This document shows, in pieces, positions 41,050 to 53,922 of a stretch of DNA of 64,000 nt (within the stretch, counting starts at the first letter, position 1; each line of letters starts with the position of its first letter). The position numbers and the translations under genes were made by a program. The stretch is from the human T2T-CHM13v2.0 reference genome, Homo sapiens. The stretch lies in assembly GCF_009914755.1 (NCBI RefSeq), contig NC_060941.1, one strand, 5' to 3'. The notes under the pieces were generated by a model that was not told where the DNA came from, did no database searches, and was given only the letters and a program-made list of their open reading frames with translations.

Positions 41050-41330
41050 AGAGGCAAAACCGTGTACTCTAAAAAACTCATAGAATTTGGTTACACACAG
41101 ATACGGGTTCATGTCCCTGAATTTCCAGGTACTAGTTCTGCAAATTTGGAGGAGTTGTTCAAGCTCTCTTGATTTTATTGTCCTTTTTTATAAATGAAGA
41201 AAAACACATGACATCTTATTTAGTTTTTATGATGGGTGTTATAAAGTTTAAATAAAATTATTATAAGTTTAGAATAAATTATTTGACAGTTTCTACTACA
41301 GTAGCTGTCAGAGTTGGTGCTGTGTAAATA
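41050..41330 (+). mobile_element. MIR (diverged)
   Basis: CAGATACGGGTTCATGTCCC...TACTAGTTCTG...TATAAATGAAGA. Confidence 0.5.
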
Positions 41331-41583
41331 ACTGTTAGGTTGTTATTGCAGTTACCAGCCTAAACCCAGCAAACCAATTTAAAGTGGCATAACCCAATTT
41401 AGACTAGTTAAAAAATAAAAATTAAAAACGGCTTTTAAAAAAAGTATTGATATGGAATGACTTCAGGCTCAGCTGGGTCTCAACACCCAAACTATTTCAT
41501 CAAGGTTTTTTTTCTCTCTTTATTCTTTTCACCTGTGGGATAATCTCAGGGATTAACCTCATTCCCTCCCACTACAGTTAAGT

Positions 41584-41897
<314 letters not shown>

Positions 41898-42241
41898 AAC
41901 TTTCTTCATCATGGCTGGCCAACAGCTTGTCTTCCCATTCTTTCAGCACTATTACAAGTAAGAGATTGTTGTCTCCAATGTCAGAATATTGCCAGGGGAG
42001 AATAGCATGGGGCATGTGTCCATAATTAAATAAAATTATTCTGACTAGAGGAATAGGGCTTCTTAATAGATCGGTTTTGGGTCTCATTCGGGCCTTAGGA
42101 AAAGGTCACAAAATTGAAGTGACCTCAGGATTACATGGCATAGTGGACAGTTAAAACCCTAAGAAAGAAATGCTCGCCAGGAACTCAACAGAAATCCACA
42201 ATTCATTCTTCTCAGAGGATTTGGGGATCTAGTCTTTTATA

Positions 42242-42559
42242 TTTCTTTTCTTTTTTTTCTTATTTTGAGACAGAGTCTTGCTCTGTTTCCCCAGCTGGGG
42301 TGCAGTGGCGTGATCACAGCTTACTGCAGCCTTGATCTCCCCAGGCTGAAGGAGTCCTCCCACCTCAGCCTCCCATGTAGCTGGAACTGTAGGTGTGTGC
42401 CACCATGCCCAGCTAATTTTTTTTTTTTTTTTAGTATTTTGTAGAGATTGGGTCTCACTCTATTCCCCAGGCAGGTGTCTAACTTCTGGGCTCAAGCAAT
42501 CCTCCTGTCTTGGCCTCCCAAAATGCTGGGATTACAGGCATGAGCCACCGTGTCCAGTC
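42242..42559 (-). mobile_element. AluJ
   Basis: GTGATCACAGCTTACTGCAGCCTTGA and GGGCTCAAGCAATCCTCC. Confidence 0.9.
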
Positions 42560-43667
42560 TCTCATATTTTTAATGACTACTACAAATCACTACTAGATTA
42601 ACCAATATAAACTATATTGTATTTGATAATTTAAGAATTTCTTCCATTTTAAACTGACTACATTTGAATTCTCCAGAATTTAATTCCAGTTCAGCATTCC
42701 CAGTAATGAAACTTCCTAAACCAGGCATCTTGCATTGTCTTCTGTTTGTATTATATTTTGCCAAACTCATGTTTCCTGCTTTTGCTAATACTGTCAGTTT
42801 CACTCCTAAGCATTTCTGGATTCATCTGCTCATCTACCCAAATACTACTCAAACCTTAAGGTGAAAACACAAATTTCAACTACTCTGATAGAGCCTTTCC
42901 AATACATTTTAGTCTGCATTTTGCAATATCTTCCCCAAATACCTATAGATGACAGAGATTTGGGAATTAGTTCCTCAAAGACTTATATATATCTTAGAAT
43001 CACATTTTGAGCTATAATTGGTGGAAGAGAAGTGAGGTAAAAAGGAGGGTAAAGGCAAATTTGCGTGTCCCCAATTTTCTACCCTTTATAGCCAATGCAA
43101 TTCTGCCTTGCTTTTTTGTCTGAATGTTTCAAAGGAGAATTCTTTGGTTAAGTAATATTTCAAAATTCCTGAAGCATTTTCCAGTCTTTATCAATTATTT
43201 AATGCATTATTATAAACTATTATTTGATCAATACCTGAAAATATTTTTTCTCTGCAATAACAATATAAGTTCCTCAGTTAGAGGACTTGTGTGTTTTGTT
43301 TTTTATTTTTATCTTTGTATTTTAAATGCAAATCCTATGTTATGCAAAAACACTAAATCAATTAAAAATTCATTTTACCACATAAAAAGAAGCTATGGGA
43401 TACTGGATATATAAAAGTAATTTTAAAGTACTTATGCATATACTTCAGAACAAGGTTATACAAGATAAATGCAAACAATTTTATCTGTCATTTAAAAATA
43501 AACAAATAGAAAGCTAACTGACTAGCTGTTAGAGAAAAGTAATAAAATTGCCACCCTCAAAGAGAAAAAAAGTAATTTCAGTAACTCTCACAATTAAATA
43601 TTTATCAGAAATAAAGATAACATGTTTCTGAGATTATAAGAAAACCTAAAAGTACATAATTTATTTG

Positions 43668-43719
43668 TGTATTAGGGTTCTCTAGAGGGACAGAATAGGA
43701 CAGATCTCTCTCTCTACAC

Positions 43720-43760
<41 letters not shown>

Positions 43761-43857
43761 CACACATATATATATATATATATCTCTTTGTCCTGTGCTG
43801 GATGTTTTCTGCCTTCAAATATCGGACTCCAAGTTCTTCAGTTTTGAGACTTGAACT
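43668..43857. mobile_element. Two MLT2A (HERV-L LTR) fragments in opposite orientation around a (CT)(CA)(TA) microsatellite
   Basis: 43668-43704 is the reverse complement of the LTR 3' end; 43783-43857 is the forward internal segment. Confidence 0.75.
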
Positions 43858-43859
43858 TT

Positions 43860-45050
43860 TAAGGTCGTGAAACAATTCTATATAATATTGTGATTGTGGA
43901 CATAGCACACTAAACATTTGTGAAAATCCACAGACCTTTTCAGCACAAATAATGATCCTTAAAGAAATTATTTTAGGAAGCTGGAGGATCCCAAAATGTA
44001 ACCTTACTGTATTACAAAATAATGATCTTTAAATAAATTATTTTAGGAAGCTGCAGGATCCCAGAATGTAACCTGACTAAATTACAAATGTATGAAACAA
44101 CCTTACTCAAGAAGGTGGAGGATAAAAGTGCTGACTTCATTAATTAATTTTGGAAATGAGTTGAATCCATGAAACCAAAGGCAGAAGGAACTTTTTATAA
44201 ATCCTACATAATAGTTGATAGTGTTGGATTGTATCACAAAGTATAAAAGAAAAACCCATGAGTGCATACTGGTATCAATTAATTATTTTATATATAAATA
44301 AATGCAGGAGAATAGAAAAATCTCCCACACAGAAGGATTTCAAATAATTTATGTAGATACGCTGCCCTCAGGGAAGTGGGGCCTAACTCCTCACTTCTTA
44401 TGTTTAGGCTGCCTATGTTCACTTTGCTGTAAAGAGAACAGTACAGACAGGGAGTAAAAGAATAACTTTATGGCGGAGAAATCTGACAAACACTATCTCA
44501 CCCAGGTAATCAAAGCTAACATCCACAGAGATAAGTTATGTTGATAAGATGCATCCTTGAGATGGTGTAATGTAAATGACACTTTACCTCTGTGGTCTTC
44601 CTCCCAAAAACTCATAACCCCAGTCTAATAATTTAAATAAACAAACAAAAATTTCCAACAAATACCAGTAAAGCAGCATTCTACAAACTACCATCTGTAA
44701 TACTCAAAACTATCTAGGTCATCAAAAACAAAAAAGATCCAAGAACTTGCCACAGACAAGACGGTCCTTAGGAGTCATAATAACTAAATGTGGTAGGATG
44801 TATTGAATGGAATCCTAGTATCAAAAGAATAACTTTAGTAAGAAGTGAGAAAAACCTGAATAAATGATGTACTTTAGTTAATAGTAATCTATCAATGTCG
44901 GTTCATTAATGGTGACAAATATATACCATACTAATGTGAGATGTTAATAAGAGAGGAAACAGCATGGGAGGTATAAGGGCACTCTGTGCTATCTTTCCTT
45001 TTTTTTTTTTGCAACTCTAAAGATATTCTAAATTGAAAGTTTATTAAAAA
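43860..45050 (+). mobile_element. L1MC-class 3' region
   Basis: GGAGAAATCTGACAAACACTATCTC...GATGTTAATAAGAGAGGAAAC...AAAGTTTATTAAAAA; contains a 70-bp tandem duplication at 43945-44088. Confidence 0.75.
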
Positions 45051-45455
45051 CAAATTAGCATTTTCCAAACTTATTGACAGTAGGCTTTATTTTGCAAAAC
45101 ACAACACACGTGCAAAAGAATCCCTTGAGTGCTTGGTTTGACAGATGTTCTTAAAAACATTTTTTAGCGTAAATAATTGAAAGTGTTAAAGGAATACTTG
45201 GGAAAAAACAGTATCTTAAAGAGGGGCAGGGAAGGTAAAATTGCAACTAACCAAGCCTGTTTATCAGGATAGTCCATTATGGAGTTAAATTCTATGGGAA
45301 AAAGACTCACATTAAGAAGCAGAGAAACTGTTTCCATGAGTGTATCTTTAAAAAGTTAAATTATAAACTTCATTAACAGTGAAATAATGTGATTTAATTA
45401 CTACAGGGGTTTAGCACATGCAGAGAACTCATTTTTTGAATGGATAAATAAGTAC

Positions 45456-46778
45456 GGTTAGGGATCAATAAATGATACCCCAAAACATGGCGCTTTGGTA
45501 TGATGAGAACTTTGAACTGAAGGACATTGGAAGGGCCTCAGAAGCAAAGTCTGGTTCTGACCTTCTCCTGCTCTTCTTTCTCCTGCTTCCCTTCCTTCCT
45601 CAAGCCAGCCCAAAAATCTAGAATTCCTCTTCCCCAAGGCAGGTCAGAGAAACAAGAACCCCTATCCCCCAGAGCCGCCATAAAACCTAGAAATATTGCT
45701 CTAAACTTCTGTTGCCTTTCTCTGTAAGGGCTGTCCATAAGAAATTCTCTCACCTATCTTGTCTGAAGGTACATCACGAGACCATCATTGAAGAAGGGGT
45801 TCTGCCCTATACCTGGGAGAAGGAAGGTCACACAGAAAGGCCATAAAGAATCTGAACAGACAGGGCTTGCTTGCTTTCCCCTCTCAGTCTATTCCTGTTA
45901 TATCATTCCATTTTTGTCCAATCACAGTTCCACACGACTGTCCATTCTGCATCAAACCTAAACATAAAGATACCATTTGACCCAGCAATCCCATTACTGG
46001 GTATATACCCAAAGGATTATAAATCATTCTACTATAAAGACATATGCACATGTATATTTACTGCAGCACTATTTACAATAGCAAAGACTTGGAACCAACC
46101 CAAATGCCCATCAATGATAGACTGGATAAATAAAATATGGCACATATACACCATGGAATACTACGCAGCCATAAAAAAGAATGAGTTCATGTCCTTTGCA
46201 GGGACATGGATGAAGCTGGAAACCATCATCCTCAGCAAACTAACACAGGAACAGAAAACCGAACACCACATGTTCTCACTCATAAGTGGGAATTGAACAA
46301 TGAGAACACACAGACACAGGGAGGGGAACATCACACACTGGGGCCTGTCAGGGGGTGGGGGGCAAGGGAGGGATAGCATTAGGACAAATACCTAATACAT
46401 GCGGGGCTTAAAACCTGAATGACGGGTTGATAGGTGCAGCAAACCACCATGGCACATGTATGCCTCAGTAATAAACCTGCACATTGAGCACATGTATCCC
46501 AGAACTTAAAGTATAATTTAAAAAAAGGAATTTAGGGAAAATAGCCATTCTAAACACTAAAGTATTATCAATACTTAAAAAATAAAAAATAAAATAAAAA
46601 ATACATAGATTGTTTTCCCTTGGGTCTTTGAGTCTTCATGTCTAAAGATTCTCATGTCAGATAAAACCTTGATTAAAAAATTTATTATGTTTTTCTCTTG
46701 TTAACCTATCTTTTGTTACAAAAGTGTGGCCGTGACCCTTGTGATGGCAAACAAAAGATCACACCTTTCTACTCTACT
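45456..46778 (+). mobile_element. MER39 solo LTR split by an L1PA insertion
   Basis: GATACCCCAAAACATGGCGCTTTGG...CTTTGAACTGAAGG start; LTR resumes at ~46602; GTAC flanks both ends. Confidence 0.75.
45970..46601 (+). mobile_element. L1PA (PA7/PA8-like) 3' end with a second A-tail
   Basis: ORF2p C-terminus IPFDPAIPLLGIYP...MFSLISGN*; 3'UTR ending CCCAGAACTTAAAGTATAA. Confidence 0.95.
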
Positions 46779-49700
46779 GTACTGTGAACCTTAAGATAAT
46801 TTGTCTTCAAGATAGTAGCAGTAGAAGATAGTTTTTACTTGACTTACTAAAATTAGTAACAAGTAAAGACCAATTTGACAAATTCTCTTTGGAATATCCT
46901 GAAATCCAGCTGTACTTTTCCCTTGGAGACTTTCCTTGCATTAAGTAATTAACTTTGGTGTATTTGACCCTTTAGGAAAAAGGTTAAAATATTATGTCAG
47001 GACAATATACACACCCCTATTTCAGCATGGCTTAAATATTTTGGAGAATATGGTTGGTTACATATTCAGCAACATTCCATTTATTATGTTAATTGCCCCA
47101 TGGAATTGTCAATTAGTTATTGGGCTCCCCAGTAAATTATTCCACCGTAAAAGACCAACTCTGTATTTGGAAAATATTTCAATAGATCTGGGCTATACCA
47201 ATTGCTGTTTTTTCTCTTCTTTGCCTGCCACAGTGTGGTGGGAAAATGTTAATTTTACCCCCAATTTTCTCGAGCAGGTTTTTTTTTTTTTTTTTTTTTT
47301 TGCGAAGCAAGGGCTTGCGATTGTTAATATCTGTGCTACCATGGCCTCTAAAGCCAGACATTCCTCCTGAATATTCCCCCAGGCCAGACCTTTAATTCCA
47401 GGATGAACACCAAGGCCAGCAATCAATAAGTTGATTCTCCATCTGCCTTTGACAGAGGAATCACCAGGCTGACACCAGCTAGTCTGGGATCAGCTGTTTC
47501 CCTGCCTTTGATCTCCTCAGTTAGGGCTGTCCAAACTCCCATGGGCGTCTGTTTCAGCTTAGATACAGGCCACATCATGCTGATAACTCCTCCAAGGCCT
47601 ATTGTAGCCATTGTATTTGAGGAGGGGATCACCTGTCAGAGTGACTGGTTACAACCCCTCCTTGACTGCGGGAAGCCTTTTTGATGCAGGGCAGATGATA
47701 ATGAGAGTCTAATTGAGTGATTAACTACCTTGACTGACTTGGAGGTTTTAATGACACCTCTACATTAAGGTCTGCATTTCCCAGCAGGCTCCCAGTTTGT
47801 AACTGTATGGCCATGATATTTGCAATTATAAGCCTTTCCTTTAACCAGCAGGGATTTAACAAATGGACTTGGTTAATCACAGCTAGAAGGCCCTCACATC
47901 TGACTTTGTTATGGAAAAACATGTATAAATTCAAGGGCATGATTGATTTCTTAATACAGCCCATTCCAGGTCCATGGTCCTATACGTAAGACAGATACTA
48001 TGTTTTTCAGAAGACATGGAAACTAACAAAAATATGTGACCGATGTACGTTTCAATAGAATAAAATGACCTTAAAGATAAGTGCTGGTTTTTAAGAGTTG
48101 CCACGCACATGATCCTTCTAAGCGATGAAAGTCTGCCTAGATATACTGTCTTTAATTAAGTGAGTCTGAAGGGCCTATTAATGCAATGTTAAAAGGAACC
48201 AGTCTCAGCGGGTCCTCACAGTGGGAAAAGTATCTAGGGCTTTCAATTTACAAGGTCTTGTTACAAAAGTGCCCTGCTGTTCTGGTCCTGTTCTTTCTGC
48301 CTGGGAGCAATTTAATGATCTGCTTTAGAGCAGAGAAATGGTCAGAGAGAAAACGTTCAGGTTTATGTGTTAGCGATCAAATGCCCAGTGGAATTTACAA
48401 TGGTAACCAGACACTTCCTTTTCACAGCAAAGTAGAGCAGGGACAATGACATCAATACATTTGATTTGAAAAACTCTAATTGAACAAAATGGTAAGCCTT
48501 CAGTGAATGTTTGCTGATAAATATGAGGCTGATACTGAGCATGAAGCCAACACAAACGATACAGACAACAAGGGTGATGAAAAAGAAAAAGGAGAAAGAG
48601 AATGAAAATTAGGAAAGACAAATTCTTCAAGGATAAAAAGAGGTCTTTTGACTTGAAAGTTTCTTAATTAATTTGTTCTTCATTTATTCGACATTATTCA
48701 AGCAATATTCAAAATAATCTATCATGTTCCAGGCCTTCTATTGAATATGCTGGAGCAACAGCTGTCCAGAAAGCACTCGTGGCAAGTGAGGAATGCATGT
48801 ATTTTTCTCCTTTATTCATTTAAGAAATCCTTGGTAAATGGTTACAATGGGACAGGTATGATGATACTCTGTTGATAATAATTTAAGTACCTATATTTCC
48901 CAGAACTAAGATGAAGGGGGCCTAGAAAATCCTTGAATGAATACATAGGTGAATATTTGCTGAAAGAGTCCTAGCCCAGTTAATGTGCTTCTAGTTGAAA
49001 TCACGAACACAAAACAAATACTGATGATGAAATGCAATAAAAAATCCATAGGTATTTGTGCATCATGTTAGGGACCCATGGGAAAGAGGCTTACTAACTC
49101 TCCATAACTGAAGTAAGAAAACACAGACTATGTGAAATTTCAATGCATGTGATGAGTACTATTAGGGTACTGTTAGACAGGTGAAAATTCTGGGTCTGAG
49201 ATGAGTTTTGGACATCTGTGTTTTTTAAAATAACGACTGTAATATGTAAAAAAAAAAAAAAGTTTTCATTTTACAGATCTGGAAAGCCTTTATTTCCAAA
49301 GAAACTATTATAAACTGAATGCCGTAAGAAGAATTGCAGAATTTTACATTTTCAATTCTCAAACCACTGCCTTACCTTAGAATAACATATTAGAATAACA
49401 GGAAGGTAGGTGGACCAAGTGGATGCTTACATTTTGGAATTTAAGGAAACACTGTGAGATATTAACTCTACCTTCTTATCTGCACTACACTTTCATCACT
49501 AGAATTATTCTGTCTTCCAGTAAAAATGAAAAGGTTTCAGGACTGTTACTACGGCAGTCCAAAACAACTTTGAAATTTTCTTTAGTCTTGTCCGAATACT
49601 ATAGTCTACATTCTCAGATTAACCTTTTCTGACCTTTAAACATACTGTATACCAGAAATGGTTCTGTAATAAGAGGAATTAGACCATTACCTTGAGCACG

Positions 49701-50037
49701 AAAAGGTCAAGTCCTACTCTAGGCTAACAGCCTCAGTCTAACTTAATAATTCAAGAATTATTTGCATTCAAAGATTGTTTACCCTCTTCATACAGTATTT
49801 TAATGTTAAGGGTGGATGTAGTAGTTGGGATGGCAAATTTACTGAGTTTATTAAGCTGGGCATTGTCAGATATTTATTTAAAAAAATTAGAAAGTCTTAC
49901 ATAGTATGCAAAATATAAAACATGGGGAACATTGCTTCTCTGCAAGAATAGTTACCGCACGTTTCTTACTAGATAGAGAGTGAGCATCTTTAACACATGG
50001 TTGGAGTAATTGAACCACTTGTGAACTCAACCGATGA

Positions 50038-50287
50038 GAATTCAGCAAAGCTCTGGCTGGGTGTGTTGGCTCATGCCTATAATTCCAACACTTTAGGAGG
50101 CCCAGGTGGGAGGATCACTTGCGGCCAGGAGTGGAATTCAGCAAAGCTCTGGCTGGCTGTGTTGGTTCATGCCTGTAATTCCAACACTTTAGGAGGCCCA
50201 GGTGGGAGGATCACTTGAGGCCAGGAGTTCCAGACCAGCCTGGGCAACAAAGCAAGATCTCTGTCTCTCCAAAACAGCAACAACAAA
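50038..50287 (+). mobile_element. FLAM/Alu left monomer with a 96-bp tandem duplication of its 5' flank and head
   Basis: GAATTCAGCAAAGCTCTGGCTGG...GGCCAGGAGT at 50038 and again at 50134. Confidence 0.9.
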
Positions 50288-53261
50288 CACTCTGACCATT
50301 GGTTACTCAGATATATTGTTGTTTGTTGACACTGTATATCAAAACTCTAGATTTTAGCAAATACAGTAATGACATGGCACTCTACAAGCAAATACATAGA
50401 TAGTAAAAGCAAATCAGTAACGACAATCACTCAGTAAGATTATAAGGCATATTTATCACGTACAAAAATAGGTCCTTTTAGTGGGAAAGTTGAGAGGGGC
50501 AGATAACTTGAGTCAGGTCAGGCAAAAAAAGGTAAAAATTGGTGACTTTGGAAAAATGCAAAATGATTATATGTTATTTGACTTAAGGTCTCTGACATGC
50601 TGTGTCTAAAAAGGGGCACTGCTCTGCACCTTGGTTTTTATGATGAGTTGGGTATTGGGTAGGGACAGATTAATTAAGACAATAATGTGTCTCAAATCAC
50701 TATTTAGTTGCAAAAAATATTACTAAGCTTCTTTGATCTCTCTTGACACTTTTAAAAAACTCATGTTCTATCCGGAATGTGTCCCTTCTTTGCAACTGGA
50801 AAATGCCCAGTGACATAACTTGCCCTACAAATGACCTCACATGACAATCTCCATTATGTGTACATTTTCTATAGTGCCTTGGGCTTTCATATGATGAGAT
50901 TGGATATCAGTATAGGTTTCCCTACAAATCATGAATTGGGATAAAAATTAAGTCAATGGAATCAATCCAAAGTTATAACTCATAAGATGTTCAGTTAAAG
51001 AGCAACCCTCTATTTCTTGAAGTTGTGTATATAAGATTTGTACCCTGTGATGTTATTAGGTTATTCCACATGCAGCATTTGCTTTAGTTATTTATTTTCT
51101 CTGTTCAAATATTGAAAATCTCTCTAGGCAACAATATTTCTTATCCGTAAATGCATCCTTATCAGAATCTTTAAGCAAAAGAAGTATTCATTTGGGCTAT
51201 ACAAAATTCAGGCCCACATTTTGCATGAATCTAACAGAATCTTATCCAAATAATAATTTAAAATGAACAGAGCATGTCTTTTCTCTTTTAGAAATACAAC
51301 TTAGAGAACTTCATCTGGGAGATGTATACATCCATGTATACACACACACAGTAGCTGCATTACCCACAAGCAATAATTTCACACTTGTGACAACCATCAC
51401 ATAATCTGTGGTGGGAATGAGAAGAACATATTTTTAAGAGATTGAAAACATTGAATGTTTATCATCCTACCCTGTAGGAAGGAGAGTGAACATTCTAGTT
51501 TATTAGAAAAATCACTAGCCATTACTTGTTTTGTAAAATCACCGTTACTGCCTTGTAACAGTAAGGAAAGGATCTTGCTCGATAACAGTGCAGAATAAAC
51601 CTTGGATATTTAGTTTTATAAATAGTGAAATGCAGCCCATACAGAATGAACCCTAGAGATTTAATTTTATAAATAGTGAAATGAAAGCCCAGAGAGAAGG
51701 AATGACTCCTTTACCATCACAGAGCTATTTGGTGGCCTCGCTGACATTAAAACCCATGTTTTCTTGATACGCCATCCTGTTTTTCTGTTTCCAATACACT
51801 ACTTTTCCTTTTACTTAAATATGAATGTGAATTGTGTGAAAAAAAAATACTAGCATTCCTCCTGGAAGAAAGAAGCTCAAGTCCACTAGCAAGCTTGTCA
51901 TTGATTTGGGTCGGGTCCGATTGGAATTTGGTAGAAATGTGGTTTGCTTTATTTGGCTGGGAGCAGTTCTCTGTAACCTAAGGATTCATTAGTTTGAAGT
52001 GCTGGCCTTTTGCCTCTTTCCAAGGCCATTTTAGATGCAGATTGTACCCCAGACATCATTTTTAAGTGACAGGAAAATCTCTGGAGATAACAAGAATCAG
52101 TCTGTGAAATTTATAGACCTTTTGCATTTTCTAATCCTTCTTGATGAATAACTCAGTTTCCAGCCAGGGTTTGAATTTAAGAGTTGATAAAGCATCAGTT
52201 CAAGCTGCTGGCTACTAAATCAATGCAAGCAATGGCTTAATCAGCCTTTCTGCTCCCCCCTACGACCTTCCCACAGAGTTCCGTCAGATTTCTATGGAAG
52301 CAGGTCAGCAAGAGGCAGACACCCTGACAAGCCCATTTGTAGCCATTAGATAGCATGGGAAGAGAATGCTGAGCAGCAGCGTGGTTGAAGATACTGGTAT
52401 TCTGGGGAGCAGGACTGAAAGCATTGACTTGGAGATTACTTGAGTTTGGGAAAGAGATGTGAATAAGATGGGGAGTATTATGGCAAAATGGGGAAGAGAC
52501 AAAAAATTATGATAGAATTCTAACAATTTGGTGCATTTATAGAGAAGAAATGATCGATGATGCTGTGTACTTGGCTGGCTCTTGTAATAGGACTTCATGC
52601 CTGGGAGCAAAATACACAACAAATTAAAGAGGGCCCTTTGTAAACCCTTGTGAGAGGGGACTGAGTGGGAGAGTAGCATTTGAGTGAGAATGGGTTCTCT
52701 TTAGTTATTTTCTTCAGGATTTGATTATGGAAATTTTCATGTTCTTCCCCCCCCACGTCCCCAAATCCCCATCTTCTCCTGGCAATTTGACAAAAGTTTC
52801 CACTTTTGTGAAACCAAAGTTTTTGTGAAACCCATAGTTTCATGGGCAGATTGAGGTTCTATAGAGAGATCTGTATTGCCATGGAAGGATGCGCTGATGT
52901 GATAGTTTGCCTTATTAAAATGTTGTTCATGCAAGTATGGAGTTTGGTTGCAATTGAGAAAAAAAATGTAACTAAGGCATCTGGCGTTTAACTGATTAGG
53001 TATCTTTTTGTACCCAGAACCATGAAGAAACACTGGTCCCGCTCTGGTTTTTCCACTCATGTGCATAGGTATGTTGATAGTTCATGAATCTGCAATGACT
53101 TTCTAAACCAGATTCTTGGAACATACAAGAAGATAGTCTGAGCTAGGTGATGGGGTCACTGTGATAAGATGCTGAGTCTAGGAAATAAAGGTGTGGTTTT
53201 CTCTAGCCTGCTTCTTACAGTCTGAGTGGTTGTCAGGGGAAAGGTTTTTGTTTTGTTCCTT

Positions 53262-53336
53262 CCAACGTTTCTTTTTAGGCTCAAGGGGTACCGGTGCAGG
53301 CTTGTTACATGGGTAAATTGAGTGTTCCAGGGGTTG
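53262..53336 (-). mobile_element. Short old-L1P 3'-end fragment
   Basis: GGCTCAAGGGGTACCGGTGCAGGCTTGTTACATGGGTAAATTG. Confidence 0.7.
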
Positions 53337-53337
53337 C

Positions 53338-53634
53338 TTTTGTTTTTGTTTTTGAGACAGGGTCTCACTGTGTCACCCAGACTGGAGTGCAATGGTGGGT
53401 CCCTGGCTCACTGCCTCCTCGATCCCCTGGGCTCAAGGGATCCTCCCACCTTAGCCCCCTGAGTAGCTTGAACTGCAAGCTCAGGTCACCACATCCTGCT
53501 AACTTTTTAAATCTTTTGTAGAAATAGGGTCTCACAACATTGCCCAGGCTGGTCTTGAACTCCTGAGCTGAAGCCATCCTCCGGCCTCGGCCTCCGAAAG
53601 TGCTGGGATTACAGGTATGAGCCACCATGCCTAT
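53338..53634 (-). mobile_element. AluJ
   Basis: GAGACAGGGTCTCACTG...GGGCTCAAGGGATCCTCCCACC. Confidence 0.9.
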
Positions 53635-53754
53635 CTGGAACAGTGTGTTACTTGACTAAGAATAAATCTACCATAAGAGATGAAGACGTCTATTTTTTAT
53701 TGAGGATCGGTGTTACCCTAAATCTTCAATGCTGAAGTGCATTCGTTATTCTGA

Positions 53755-53922
53755 AAACTTGCTATTTAAAGTGTGACTCATGGACGAGCAGCAGCAACAC
53801 CTCCTGAGAGCTTTTGAAAAGCACAAAATCTCAAATCTCAACCCAAACTTACTAAATAAGAACATGTAACTTAACCAGATTTTCAAGTACGTCAGATGGA
53901 CCTGAAAGCTTTGGAAGCACTG
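53755..53922. mobile_element. MER5-family hAT DNA transposon
   Basis: AAAGTGTGACTCATGGACGAGCAGCAGCAACACC...AAATCTCA...TTAACCAGAT...GAAGCACTG. Confidence 0.6.

Noticed and set aside
45871-46296. 141-aa ORF fusing LTR sequence to the L1 ORF2p C-terminus
   Set aside because: Non-ATG (TTG) start; simply the residual ORF2 frame of a 5'-truncated L1
51605-51705. 51-bp-period duplication around TTTTATAAATAGTGAAATG
   Set aside because: An ordinary local duplication at a MIR-like fragment; two copies only, not an array
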